A stretch of 51,650 nt of DNA from an uncultured Peptoniphilaceae bacterium (GTDB lineage Bacteria > Bacillota > Clostridia > Tissierellales > Peptoniphilaceae). The number at the start of each line of letters is the position of its first letter. Within the stretch, counting starts at the first letter, position 1. The DNA is taken from contig CAMIZH010000001.1 in assembly GCA_946403255.1 (NCBI GenBank), positions 1-51,650 of the forward strand. Reading direction: 5' to 3'. Positions 19,316 to 29,144 of the stretch are shown here, piece by piece. The notes under the pieces were generated by a model. The model had not been told where the DNA came from. It ran no database searches and was given only the letters and a program-made list of their open reading frames with translations. A program made the translations under genes and the position numbers.

Positions 19316-19756
19316 TCATTTTGTGTAACATTCTTTACAATAACCGTAGAATTTTAAGTTGTGGTCTACTATTTTGAAACTCTCTTCCGATTCTATTTCA
19401 TCTTCTAGGCTATCTAGTAAATCAAGTTTTACCTCAATTACTTTTCCACAATCAAGACAGATTAAATGATGATGTCTATGTTCTGAACTGCTAGATTTTA
19501 TTTCATATCTTGCAACTCCATCATCAAAACTTATTTTATATAAAACATTTAATTCTTCGAAAAGTTGTAATGTTCTGTAAACAGTAGCTATTCCTATATC
19601 TGGATTTACTCTAGATACATACTCAAATACTTCCTCAGTTGATAAATGACTATCTTCGTGCTCTAAGAATATGTTATAAATTTCTGAACGCTGATTTGTA
19701 AATTTGTAACCTTTATCTTTCAAAGCTTTTTTTACATAATCGCTATTTAAATCCAT
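19316..19756 (-). CDS. fur: Fur family transcriptional regulator
   Basis: GIATVYRTL, HHHLICLDCG, C-terminal CxxC; ATG 19756 after GAGGTG; metal specificity not determinable. Confidence 0.88.
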   Translation of the reverse strand: MDLNSDYVKKALKDKGYKFTNQRSEIYNIFLEHEDSHLSTEEVFEYVSRVNPDIGIATVYRTLQLFEELNVLYKISFDDGVARYEIKSSSSEHRHHHLICLDCGKVIEVKLDLLDSLEDEIESEESFKIVDHNLKFYGYCKECYTK

Positions 19757-19771
19757 AATCACACCTCATAA

Positions 19772-20017
19772 CTATTGCAAGTTTGATTTCATTAATTCTT
19801 CGTAAACTTCTTGAGCTTCTTTTAGCTCATCATCATCGATGCCAGCAAGAACTTCTTGTCCTTCTTCATCTAATTGAATTTTTAATATATAAATATATGG
19901 TTCTATTTCATCTGCAGGAAGTAAAGCGACATAGTCGTCTTCATCAATAGAAAATTTAGCTTTAACTATAAATTCTATTGGATTTCCTAATTCATCATAA
20001 AAAAGATGTCTTTCCAA
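19772..20017 (-). CDS. DUF1292 family protein
   Basis: Acidic 81 aa, DE.G....F...YVAL...L..I.DDE pattern; downstream of ruvX. Confidence 0.82.
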   Translation of the reverse strand: MERHLFYDELGNPIEFIVKAKFSIDEDDYVALLPADEIEPYIYILKIQLDEEGQEVLAGIDDDELKEAQEVYEELMKSNLQ

Positions 20018-20028
20018 TTTCTCACTCC

Positions 20029-20439
20029 TTACTTACTGTCTAAATACATTTGTAAAATATATGTTGCTGCAATTTTATCAACATATTTTTTTCTATTTTC
20101 TCGTCTTACATCAGCTTCAATTAATATTCTCTGCGCAGACATTGTACTCATTCGTTCATCAACATAAATAATTTCTACCCCATATTTATTATGAAGTTTT
20201 GTTGCAAATTTCATAACTTTTTCACTTTGAGGTCCAACTGTATTATTCATATTCTTAGGAAGTCCTACTACTACTTTAGTAATATTTTCTCTCTCAATTA
20301 TTTCATGTATTTCTTCATATGTTTGTTTATTTGATTCTCTTTTTATTGTTTTTACACCTTGGGCAGTAAATCCTAAAGCATCACTTATAGCAACGCCAAT
20401 CCATTTATCCCCAACGTCTAAACCAAGTATTTTTTCCAT
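20029..20439 (-). CDS. ruvX: YqgF/RuvX pre-16S rRNA nuclease
   Basis: LGLDVG..IGVAISD, VVGLP, DER.ST, VDK.AA..ILQ. Confidence 0.95.
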   Translation of the reverse strand: MEKILGLDVGDKWIGVAISDALGFTAQGVKTIKRESNKQTYEEIHEIIERENITKVVVGLPKNMNNTVGPQSEKVMKFATKLHNKYGVEIIYVDERMSTMSAQRILIEADVRRENRKKYVDKIAATYILQMYLDSK

Positions 20440-20454
20440 TTAACCACAACCTAA

Positions 20455-20546
20455 AATTCCCGGTACATATCTAATATGTAGGCTACAATAAATGTAGCTC
20501 TGAATATGGAAATGATGAGATAGATAAGTCCCATCTCATCATTTTC
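20455..20546 (-). ncRNA. Candidate structured RNA element (three tandem hairpins) between ireB and ruvX
   Basis: 14-bp stem with G-U pair (20510-20544), 6-bp stem (20482-20498), 7-bp stem (20464-20480). Confidence 0.4.
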
Positions 20547-20547
20547 A

Positions 20548-20802
20548 TCAATTCCCTAAATAGGATTTTAATAATTCTCCTAATAGTTCATCACGTTCTA
20601 TCTCTTGTATTATGGATCTTGCATTTTTATGACTTGTAATATAAGTCGGATCTCCTGACAAAATATACCCAATTATCTGATCAGTTGGATTATATCCTTT
20701 GTCTTCTAAGGCTTGGTATACAACTTCCAATACTTTTTTATATTTTTCTTTATCAAGAGAAATTTTTTCAAAAATTTGTGTTTCGTAATTTTTATTTTCC
20801 AT
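20548..20802 (-). CDS. ireB: IreB/ReoM family regulatory phosphoprotein (DUF965)
   Basis: [29 protein letters not shown]-terminal Thr (ETQIF). Confidence 0.93.
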   Translation of the reverse strand: MENKNYETQIFEKISLDKEKYKKVLEVVYQALEDKGYNPTDQIIGYILSGDPTYITSHKNARSIIQEIERDELLGELLKSYLGN

Positions 20803-20854
20803 AATATCACTCCTTAATAATTATAACATAAATTCAGATAATTGATAATATTTT

Positions 20855-23482
20855 TTATTTAAGCATAACTTTTAAATGGTCTAATGCTTCCCCTATTTTA
20901 CTTATATCTTTAGCTCCTGCAGTAGCCATATCAGGTCTACCACCACCGCCACCACCAGCAATTTTTGCAACTTCTTTTACAATATTACCAGCAGAAATCT
21001 TTTCTTTTACAAGATCTTTTGAAACAGCTGCAACAAAGTTAGCTTTATCTCCAGTAACAGTTGATAATAAAACAACTATACTTCCAGCTTTTTCTCTTAT
21101 CTCATCTGCAATATCTCTTAAAGTATTTACATCTGCACCTTCAAATGAGTAAGTTACGTATTTAATACCATTAACTTCTTCTACATGTTCAAGTATTGAT
21201 GAAACTTCATCTTTAGCATTTTGCAGTTTAAGTTTTTCAATTTCTTTTTCTTGTTTATTAACATCGTCTACTAAAACTTTAATTTTACTTAATAGTTCTA
21301 CTCTATTAGATTTAATAAGTTTTGCAGCATTATTTCTTAAATCTTCTAATCCATTTAAATATTCGTAAACTGAAGGTCCTGTTATAGATTCAATTCTTCT
21401 TATTCCTGAAGAAACTCCACCCTCTGAAAGAATTTTAAACATAGAAATTTCTGAAGTATTACTTACATGAGTTCCCCCACAAAGTTCTACTGAATAATCT
21501 CCCATTCTCACTACTCTTACTTCATCACCATATTTATCTTCAAATAAACCAACTGCTCCAAGTTTATGAGCATCTTGAGGATTTGTAATAATAGTTTCTA
21601 CTGGAAGTGATGCAAAAATCATTTCATTTACTCTTTTTTCAATTTCTTTTAAATTTTCTTCAGAAACTGCTTCAAAATGAGTAAAGTCAAATCTCATTCT
21701 GTTTTCTAAAACTTCAGAACCAGCTTGATTTACATGACTTCCTAAAACTTCTTTTAATGCTTTGTGAAGTAAATGTGTTACTGAGTGATTTCTTCTAATA
21801 TTATTTCTTCTTGCAATATTAATTTCAGCAAGAACATCATATTTTTCAACTTTTCCAGACATAACTTCAACAATGTGTAAGTGTAGTCCTTGAGATGTTT
21901 TTTTAGTATCAATAACATCCATCTCAAAGCTTTCTGAAGTTATTATACCCATATCTCCAGTTTGCCCACCAGATTCACCGTAAAAAGGAGTTTTATCTAA
22001 AATAATAATAGCTTTATCTCCAACATTTAATTCTTCTACTTCTTGAGAATCTTTTATTAATTTTAAAATCTTTGCATTTGATTTTTCTTCAGTATATCCA
22101 ACAAATTCATTTGTTAAACCTTCATAAATTTCTTCATTAGATTTATTTGCCCAACCAATATTATCAGAATCATCTCTTGCAGATCTAGCACGTTCTCTTT
22201 GAAGTTCCATATTTTCTTCAAAACCAACTCTATCAATCTTTAATCCTTTTTCTTCTAATATTTCTTCTGTTAAGTCTATTGGGAATCCAAAAGTATCATA
22301 TAATTTAAAGCTGTCTTCTCCTGATAATGTATCTTTTAATTCAGCTTTTAATTTTTGAATATAAGTATCTAATATATTCATTCCTTGTTCTATAGTTTCA
22401 AGGAATTTTTCTTCTTCTGCTTTTATAACAGCAACTATCTCATCTCTATTAGTATTAAGTTCTGGATAGAAATCTTCTCCCCAAGAATCAATAATAAGAT
22501 TTGATAAATCAGATAAAAATCCTTCTTTAATTCCAAGAATTCTTCCATGTCTTGCTGCTCTTCTTATAAGCCTTCTAAGAACATATCCACGTCCTTCGTT
22601 TGAAGGTCTAACAGAATCTGAAATTAAAAATGTAATAGCTCTTATATGGTCCGCTATAACTCTTACAGATACATCTGTTTCAGCATCTGTATTATATTTA
22701 TATCCTGAAACTTTTTCAATTTCATGAATTATATCTTGAATAGCATCTATTTCAAATATATTTTCTGTTCCTTGTAGTACTGTTGCAATTCTTTCAAGTC
22801 CCATTCCTGTATCAATATTTGGATGAGCTAATGGATGATAAATACCTTCTTCATCCTTATCAAATTGTGTAAACACAAGGTTCCATACTTCTATAAATCT
22901 ATCGCATTCACAACCTGGTTTGCAATCTTTATGTCCACAACCGTACTTTTCTCCTCTATCTATATAGATTTCAGAACAAGGGCCTGATGGACCAACTTCA
23001 AGTTCCCAGAAGTTATCTTCTTTTCCAAGTCTTACAATTTTTTCTTTTTCAACACCAATATCTTCATTCCAAATTTGGAAAGCTTCATCATCTTCATGGT
23101 ATACAGTAACCCATAAATCTTCTTTTGGAATTTCTAATACTTCTGTTAAAAACTCCCAAGCCCAAGGAATTACTTGATGTTTAAAATAATCACCAAAAGA
23201 AAAGTTTCCTAACATTTCAAAAAATGTAGCATGTCTATCAGTCTTTCCTACATTTTCTATATCTCCTGTACGAATACATTTTTGACAAGTTGTTACTCTT
23301 TTTGCTGGAGGAGTTGATTCACCTGTAAAATATTTTTTCATAGGCGCCATTCCTGCTCCAATTAACAACAATGATTTATCATTTTGTGGAATTAGAGAAA
23401 AACTTGGTAAAACTAAATGTTCTTTTTCTTTAAAAAAATTTAAAAATTCAGATCTTACTTCATGTAATTTAAGATTTTTCAT
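20855..23482 (-). CDS. alaS: Alanine--tRNA ligase
   Basis: RHATFFEMLGNFSFGDYFK, IDTGMGLER, ELCGGTHV editing motif, GGGGGRPDMA. Confidence 0.99.
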   Translation of the reverse strand: MKNLKLHEVRSEFLNFFKEKEHLVLPSFSLIPQNDKSLLLIGAGMAPMKKYFTGESTPPAKRVTTCQKCIRTGDIENVGKTDRHATFFEMLGNFSFGDYFKHQVIPWAWEFLTEVLEIPKEDLWVTVYHEDDEAFQIWNEDIGVEKEKIVRLGKEDNFWELEVGPSGPCSEIYIDRGEKYGCGHKDCKPGCECDRFIEVWNLVFTQFDKDEEGIYHPLAHPNIDTGMGLERIATVLQGTENIFEIDAIQDIIHEIEKVSGYKYNTDAETDVSVRVIADHIRAITFLISDSVRPSNEGRGYVLRRLIRRAARHGRILGIKEGFLSDLSNLIIDSWGEDFYPELNTNRDEIVAVIKAEEEKFLETIEQGMNILDTYIQKLKAELKDTLSGEDSFKLYDTFGFPIDLTEEILEEKGLKIDRVGFEENMELQRERARSARDDSDNIGWANKSNEEIYEGLTNEFVGYTEEKSNAKILKLIKDSQEVEELNVGDKAIIILDKTPFYGESGGQTGDMGIITSESFEMDVIDTKKTSQGLHLHIVEVMSGKVEKYDVLAEINIARRNNIRRNHSVTHLLHKALKEVLGSHVNQAGSEVLENRMRFDFTHFEAVSEENLKEIEKRVNEMIFASLPVETIITNPQDAHKLGAVGLFEDKYGDEVRVVRMGDYSVELCGGTHVSNTSEISMFKILSEGGVSSGIRRIESITGPSVYEYLNGLEDLRNNAAKLIKSNRVELLSKIKVLVDDVNKQEKEIEKLKLQNAKDEVSSILEHVEEVNGIKYVTYSFEGADVNTLRDIADEIREKAGSIVVLLSTVTGDKANFVAAVSKDLVKEKISAGNIVKEVAKIAGGGGGGRPDMATAGAKDISKIGEALDHLKVMLK

Positions 23483-23502
23483 TATTATACTCCTCTATCA
23501 TT

Positions 23503-23527
23503 AAAAATCCTCCCATCAAAGGGAGGA
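23503..23527 (-). terminator. Terminator-like hairpin in alaS leader
   Basis: TCCTCCC-TTTGAT-GGGAGGA followed by U5 on minus strand. Confidence 0.6.
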
Positions 23528-23543
23528 AACTTTGTTATATAAA

Positions 23544-23572
23544 ATTATAATTTGTGTGTTGAAATTTGTCAA
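23544..23572 (-). promoter_or_regulatory. Consensus sigma-A promoter of alaS
   Basis: TTGACA (23567-23572), 17 bp, TATAAT (23544-23549). Confidence 0.85.
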
Positions 23573-23573
23573 T

Positions 23574-24824
23574 TTACCTGCGATTTGAAATATTTGAATT
23601 TCGCTCATTATATTTCATTTTTGCAAAATCCAATAGGATAATTAATATAGATACTGCTGGAACAGCAAGCATCATTCCTAAAACTCCAAACATTCCTCCA
23701 CCAATAATTATAGAAATTAAAATTACAATAGGATTAAGTCCTGTTTTATCTCCTAATAATTTTGGTGCTAGTACATTATTTTCTGCCCATTGTACTATTA
23801 GGAAAAGTATTGCAACCCACATTGCTTTTATTGGCGAATCCATAAAAGCAAAAAGTATAGCTGGCAAGAATCCCATAAATGGTCCAATATAAGGAATTAT
23901 ATCTGCAACAGTTGTTATCATACCAATAACAATTGCAAAATCAACTCCTAATACTAATAAATAAACCATTGTAGCGAATCCTACAAATAAAGCCATTAAA
24001 AGTCTACCTTTTACAAAGTCTAATAATGCTGTATTTATTCTTTCAGATAAATATAAAATATCATCTTTATGTTTACTTGGTAAATTTCTTTTAACAACAT
24101 TTTTAAATTTATCTTTATCAACTGTAAAGTAAAATGAAAATATAATTACAAGTATAAATCTTAAAACTTTAGAAAATACTGTATACATTCCTGAAGCTAC
24201 ATTTTTAAGTCTTTTTAAAGCCTGTGCTTGAATTACATCAATAGAACTTTCTAAAGATTCCTGTAGCTTTTTAATTATATCTCCATTATTTTCACTTCCT
24301 GGGATATTAAAAGATTTACTCATTGAATCTGCAAAGTTAGAAAACTCTGTTCCAAATTTATCAACCATTCCAGGAATTTCTGCAAATAATTTACTAATTT
24401 CTTGAACTGTTTTTGGAACTACTATAACAAGTAATATTCCAAGTATTATAAAAATACTAAAATAAACAATTAATACACCATATTGTCTTTTTATATTTTT
24501 TTCTTCTAATTTATTCACCAATGGATTTATTGCAAAGGCAAGCATCATACCTACGAACAATGCCCAAACAGTATCTCCCACTATTGAATATTTTTTAAAA
24601 ATAATTCCCAATATGTAAATGACAATTATTCCAAGAAAAACTTTTGTTACTCTTTTTAAATCAATTCCTATTCTCTTATTTTTTTCAATATGTCTATTAC
24701 CTATATTTATAAGATAGTAAATCATTAAAAAAAGTAACACTACAGACAGTGTAGCTGCCGCTACTATAATAAACTTTGGTGTAATATTTCTAATTTCTGG
24801 AGAAATAACTCCTATAAAATTCAA
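23574..24824 (-). CDS. AI-2E family transporter (YrrI-like)
   Basis: IPYIGP, QWAENN.L.PK..G...GLNP, GG.MFG.LG motifs; upstream of alaS. Confidence 0.9.
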   Translation of the reverse strand: MNFIGVISPEIRNITPKFIIVAAATLSVVLLFLMIYYLINIGNRHIEKNKRIGIDLKRVTKVFLGIIVIYILGIIFKKYSIVGDTVWALFVGMMLAFAINPLVNKLEEKNIKRQYGVLIVYFSIFIILGILLVIVVPKTVQEISKLFAEIPGMVDKFGTEFSNFADSMSKSFNIPGSENNGDIIKKLQESLESSIDVIQAQALKRLKNVASGMYTVFSKVLRFILVIIFSFYFTVDKDKFKNVVKRNLPSKHKDDILYLSERINTALLDFVKGRLLMALFVGFATMVYLLVLGVDFAIVIGMITTVADIIPYIGPFMGFLPAILFAFMDSPIKAMWVAILFLIVQWAENNVLAPKLLGDKTGLNPIVILISIIIGGGMFGVLGMMLAVPAVSILIILLDFAKMKYNERNSNISNRR

Positions 24825-24836
24825 ATTATCACCTCG

Positions 24837-25970
24837 CTATTTTCTAAGGTTACCTACAATTCTTTTAATTTCCGTAGAAACCTTATCAACTTCTTCCATT
24901 GTGTTTTCATTATTTAATGTAAGTCTTAAACAATTTCTTGAGAGTTCTTCTCCCTTCCCCATAGAAAGAAGTACATGAGATGGCTCTAAACTTCCTGCTG
25001 TACAAGCACTTGCACTTGATGCACAAATACCTTCCATATCAAGAAACATTAAAAGCTCTGATGCTTTTATACCATCTATAGATATATTTACATTTCCTGC
25101 TAATCTATTTTCAACAGGTCCATTTAAATATACCCCATTTATCTGTAAAAGATTTTCTATTAATCTTTCTTTTAATTTATTTACATATATATTTTTCTCT
25201 TGAATATTTTTTGTTGCATCTTCAAAAGCCATCCCCATAGCAACTATATATGCCGTATTTTCAGTTCCAGATCTCTTTTCTCTTTCTTGTGCTCCTCCAT
25301 GAATTAATGGTGTTATTTTTATTCCTTCTTTTATATATAAAACACCAATTCCCTTTGGACCATTTATTTTATGACCTGAAAAACTCATTAAATCAACATC
25401 AAGTTCTAAAAGATTTATATCAACATTTCCAATTGCTTGAACTGCATCTGTATGAAAAATAACATTATGTTTTTTTGCAATTTTTCCAATTTCTTTAATT
25501 GGTTCTATTGTACCAACTTCATTGTTTGCAAACATAATAGATATTAATATTGTATCTTCTCTTATAGAATTTTCTAATTGTTCTAAGTTTATAAATCCAT
25601 ATTCATCTACATCTAAGTAAGTTACATCATATCCAAGTTCTTCTAAAAATTCTGTTGTATGAAGAACTGCGTGATGTTCTATTTTTGTAGTTATAATATG
25701 TTTCCCTTTTTCTTTATAACTATTTACAATTCCTTTTATAGCCCAATTATCAGATTCTGATCCACAAGATGTGAAAAATATTTCCTTTGGTTTTGCCTTT
25801 AATGACTTTGCTATTTTATTTCTGGAATTTTCAATTTTTTCTTTAGAACTTTGAGCTATAGAATATATACTAGATGGATTTCCATATTCTATTTCTAAAA
25901 TCTTCATCATCTCATCTAGTATATTTTTTGATATTTTGGTTGTAGCTGCATTATCCATATATATTGTCAT
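24837..25970 (-). CDS. iscS: Cysteine desulfurase, IscS/NifS class I
   Basis: YMDNAATT, NNEVG, HTDAVQ, SGHK (PLP lysine), SASAC active-site loop. Confidence 0.9.
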   Translation of the reverse strand: MTIYMDNAATTKISKNILDEMMKILEIEYGNPSSIYSIAQSSKEKIENSRNKIAKSLKAKPKEIFFTSCGSESDNWAIKGIVNSYKEKGKHIITTKIEHHAVLHTTEFLEELGYDVTYLDVDEYGFINLEQLENSIREDTILISIMFANNEVGTIEPIKEIGKIAKKHNVIFHTDAVQAIGNVDINLLELDVDLMSFSGHKINGPKGIGVLYIKEGIKITPLIHGGAQEREKRSGTENTAYIVAMGMAFEDATKNIQEKNIYVNKLKERLIENLLQINGVYLNGPVENRLAGNVNISIDGIKASELLMFLDMEGICASSASACTAGSLEPSHVLLSMGKGEELSRNCLRLTLNNENTMEEVDKVSTEIKRIVGNLRK

Positions 25971-25980
25971 ATTACACCCC

Positions 25981-26376
25981 TTACATATCAGATAAACTCA
26001 TAGAATCTAAAAGCTTTTCCATCTTTATTTGAAGTTTATCTAAAATATTTCTTGTAGCACAAGCATCTCCATTTCGACATTCAGGCTTATTGTTCATACT
26101 TGAACAAGATAGAGCCATATCGCCTTCTAATGCATTTAAAATCTGTCCTATTTTAATTTCATCAGGATTTCTTGCAAGTTCATATCCACCACCTGCTCCT
26201 CTTATGCTATTTACTAAATTATTTTTTTTAAGAAGTGTAAATAATTGTTCCAAATATGCTTCTGATAGACCTTCAATTCTTGCTATATCACTTATGGCCA
26301 TTGGACCTTGTCCGTAATTAAGTTTTAGTCTATACATAGCCATCAAACCATATCTTCCCTTTGTCGATAACTTCAT
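25981..26376 (-). CDS. Rrf2 family regulator (IscR/CymR-like) with three Cys
   Basis: MKLSTKGRYGL, YLEQLF, S.RGAGGGY; three Cys in CSSMNNKPECRNGDAC; ATG 26376 after AAGGTG. Confidence 0.9.
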   Translation of the reverse strand: MKLSTKGRYGLMAMYRLKLNYGQGPMAISDIARIEGLSEAYLEQLFTLLKKNNLVNSIRGAGGGYELARNPDEIKIGQILNALEGDMALSCSSMNNKPECRNGDACATRNILDKLQIKMEKLLDSMSLSDM

Positions 26377-26394
26377 AAATCTCACCTTTTCAAA

Positions 26395-26850
26395 TTAATG
26401 AAGAGTAAAACTACCTTCTCTTTCATCTTTTTCAATTATATTCTTTAAAGTATACCAAGGTAATACTGCACATTTTACACGAGCTGGTAAATTTTGAATA
26501 TTTTCAAAAACTACTGCATCACCTAAATCTTCAAGTTCATTTTCATCCGCTACTTCGCCTTTTACCATTGCAATAAATTTATTGCAAAGAAGAAGTGCTT
26601 CATCTAATGTAAGTTCTTTAACTGTATCAATCATTATAGATGTAGATGCTTGAGATATAGCACAACCTTGTCCTGTATAACTCATATCTTCTATTTTATT
26701 ATCCGCAACACGTAGTTGAAGTGTTATTTCATCTCCACAACTTGGATTATGTCCTAGTTCTTCGTGAGTTGGATTTTCAAGTTCACGTCTATTTCTTTTA
26801 TTTCTGCTTTGTTCAAGTATTAACTCTGTATATATATCATTAAGATTCAA
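26395..26850 (-). CDS. sufU: SUF system sulfur-transfer protein SufU
   Basis: NPSCGD, GCAISQAS, PARVKCA. Confidence 0.94.
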   Translation of the reverse strand: MNLNDIYTELILEQSRNKRNRRELENPTHEELGHNPSCGDEITLQLRVADNKIEDMSYTGQGCAISQASTSIMIDTVKELTLDEALLLCNKFIAMVKGEVADENELEDLGDAVVFENIQNLPARVKCAVLPWYTLKNIIEKDEREGSFTLH

Positions 26851-28075
26851 TTCCCATTAGCCTCCTTACATCTTCAAGATGCTCAATAAAATAATCTATT
26901 TCTTCAAATGTATTATAAAAAGCAAATGAAGCTCTACAAGAAAAATTAATTCCTAAATTTCTGTGTAGTGGTTGTGCACAATGATGTCCACTTCTTATAG
27001 CAATTCCATAATTATCTAAAATTGATGCAACATCATGAGGATGTGCGTCTTTAAAGTTAAATGCTAAAACTGGACTTCTATGAGTATCTTTTGTTGTATA
27101 TATATCTATATATGAAAGTTTTTCCATTTTTTCATAAGCATAAGTTGTAAGAGCTGCTTCATATTCATATATATTATCTATTCCAATTTCTTCTATATAT
27201 TCTATTGCAACTGCAAGTGATTTTGCTCCACCAACATTTTGAGTTCCTGCTTCAAACCTTTGTGGTGAATTTAAATATGTTGATTTTTCTTCATAAACAT
27301 ATTCAATCATATCTCCACCATATAAAAATGGATCTATTGAATTTAATAATTCTTCTTTACCATACAATACACCAATTCCCATTGCAGAAAGCATCTTATG
27401 TCCTGAGAATACTAAAAAATCACAGTCAATATCTGCTACATCCACTTTATGATGTGGAGCAAATTGTGCTGCATCTACTACTGTTACTATTTCAGGATTT
27501 ATTTTTTTTGCTTTTTTAATCATTTCTTTAACATTTGGCATAGTTCCAACTACATTTGATGCTGCAGTTATAGAAAATAATTTTGTATTTTTAGAAATTT
27601 TACTATTAAATTCTTCTTCTGTTATTTGTTTATTATCATCAAGATATAAATATTTAATCTTTGCACCAGTTTTCTTAGAAACGTATTGCCAAGTTACAAG
27701 ATTTGAATGATGTTCCATAATTGAAATTAATATTTCATCATTTTCTGTTAAATTATTTAAAGCCCATGAATAAGCAATTAAATTTAAGGCTTCAGTTGCA
27801 TTTCTTAAAAAAACTATTTCATTTGATGACGCATTTATAAAACTTGCAATTTTATCTCTTGAATTTTCATAAACCTCAGTTGACTTCATAGCTAAATAAT
27901 GGGCCCCTCTGTGAGGGTTCCCATTTTCATAACTATAATATTCATCTAAGGATTCTATCACTCTATTTGGCTTTTGTGATGTTGCTGCATTGTCAAAATA
28001 AATTAATTCTTTATCATTTAAGTTTAAATATTTAAAATCTTCTCTAATTTTTAAAACTTGATCCTTAGTTAACAT
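26840..28075 (-). CDS. sufS: Cysteine desulfurase SufS (class II)
   Basis: YFDNAATSQKP, EHHSN, SGHK, FEAGT, RSGHHCAQP. Confidence 0.95.
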   Translation of the reverse strand: MLTKDQVLKIREDFKYLNLNDKELIYFDNAATSQKPNRVIESLDEYYSYENGNPHRGAHYLAMKSTEVYENSRDKIASFINASSNEIVFLRNATEALNLIAYSWALNNLTENDEILISIMEHHSNLVTWQYVSKKTGAKIKYLYLDDNKQITEEEFNSKISKNTKLFSITAASNVVGTMPNVKEMIKKAKKINPEIVTVVDAAQFAPHHKVDVADIDCDFLVFSGHKMLSAMGIGVLYGKEELLNSIDPFLYGGDMIEYVYEEKSTYLNSPQRFEAGTQNVGGAKSLAVAIEYIEEIGIDNIYEYEAALTTYAYEKMEKLSYIDIYTTKDTHRSPVLAFNFKDAHPHDVASILDNYGIAIRSGHHCAQPLHRNLGINFSCRASFAFYNTFEEIDYFIEHLEDVRRLMGIES

Positions 28076-28089
28076 TTTTTCACCTATCT

Positions 28090-29136
28090 TTAAAGTTTTA
28101 CAGTTTTATGAACCATATCCCAAATTTCTTCTTCTTTTTCTTCATTCTTAAGTTTATCTATTGCACTTGAGAATTTAGATTCAATAATAAGCGCTGCTGC
28201 TTGCTCTTCAGAAAAACCTCTACTCATAATATAAAATAGTTGATCTAAATCAAGTTTTCCTGCACTTGCTGCATGATTTCCTTCAACATCATCTTCATGA
28301 CAAAGTAGTAATGGAACAGAAATTGCAGTTACAGAATCATCAAGTAGAATAGTATATTCTTCTTCAGATCCCTTTGAAGAACTTGAGCCTTTTTTGAAAT
28401 CTAAGTTTGATTTAAAGTTTTTATATGCTTTATCTTTTAAAGCTCCATTTACCATAACATCTGAATAAGATTCTTTTCCGTGATGGAAAATATTATAAAT
28501 CATATTTAATTCATGGTCATTATATCCAAAGTAAACTGAATCAACTTCAAGATTTGAATGTTGTCCTACTAAATCAGCTTGGAAATTCATATATAATTTT
28601 GAAGATCCTAGTTCATATTGGTGAACTCTAACTTTTGCATTGTCCTTTGCATAAATTGCAATTGATTCTAAAGCAGTTGTAAATTCATCATCTCTTTGAA
28701 TTACAAAAAGATCAACTTCTGCATTTTCACATGCTAAAATTCTAATTAAAGAACTTCTAAGTTTTTCAGAATTTCCCTTACCTGTATAATCAAGTATAAG
28801 TCTCATTTTTGAATTTTTATGAGCTACTAAATCATGATTGTCAAATAATTGATTGTCTTCATCATTTAATACAATTTCTGTAATATTAAAATCTTTATAT
28901 TCTTTTTCTTTTGTTTCATAATATCTATATAAGTTTTCAAAGTCTTTGTTATATTCAACAACTTCCTTTGATACACCATAATCCACTTTATTAAATTCTG
29001 AAATCTCTCTTTTTACATCAGATTCCATTGAAAAATCTTTCTTTTGAATTTCTGGTATATACACTTCTGTGTCATTTACCTTTAGAAAACTAAATGTTTT
29101 AAAGGTTAGGCTGTTTCCTAATATTTTATTCATCAT
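28090..29136 (-). CDS. sufD: Fe-S assembly protein SufD
   Basis: P.L.C.EDDV.G.HAAS.G, FYIMSRG; lies between sufB and sufS. Confidence 0.9.
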   Translation of the reverse strand: MMNKILGNSLTFKTFSFLKVNDTEVYIPEIQKKDFSMESDVKREISEFNKVDYGVSKEVVEYNKDFENLYRYYETKEKEYKDFNITEIVLNDEDNQLFDNHDLVAHKNSKMRLILDYTGKGNSEKLRSSLIRILACENAEVDLFVIQRDDEFTTALESIAIYAKDNAKVRVHQYELGSSKLYMNFQADLVGQHSNLEVDSVYFGYNDHELNMIYNIFHHGKESYSDVMVNGALKDKAYKNFKSNLDFKKGSSSSKGSEEEYTILLDDSVTAISVPLLLCHEDDVEGNHAASAGKLDLDQLFYIMSRGFSEEQAAALIIESKFSSAIDKLKNEEKEEEIWDMVHKTVKL

Positions 29137-29144
29137 CTTACCTC

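Noticed and set aside
24995..25025. IscS loop SSASAC instead of the usual SSGSAC
   Set aside because: Catalytic Cys and PLP lysine are intact; a conservative change, not evidence of a pseudogene
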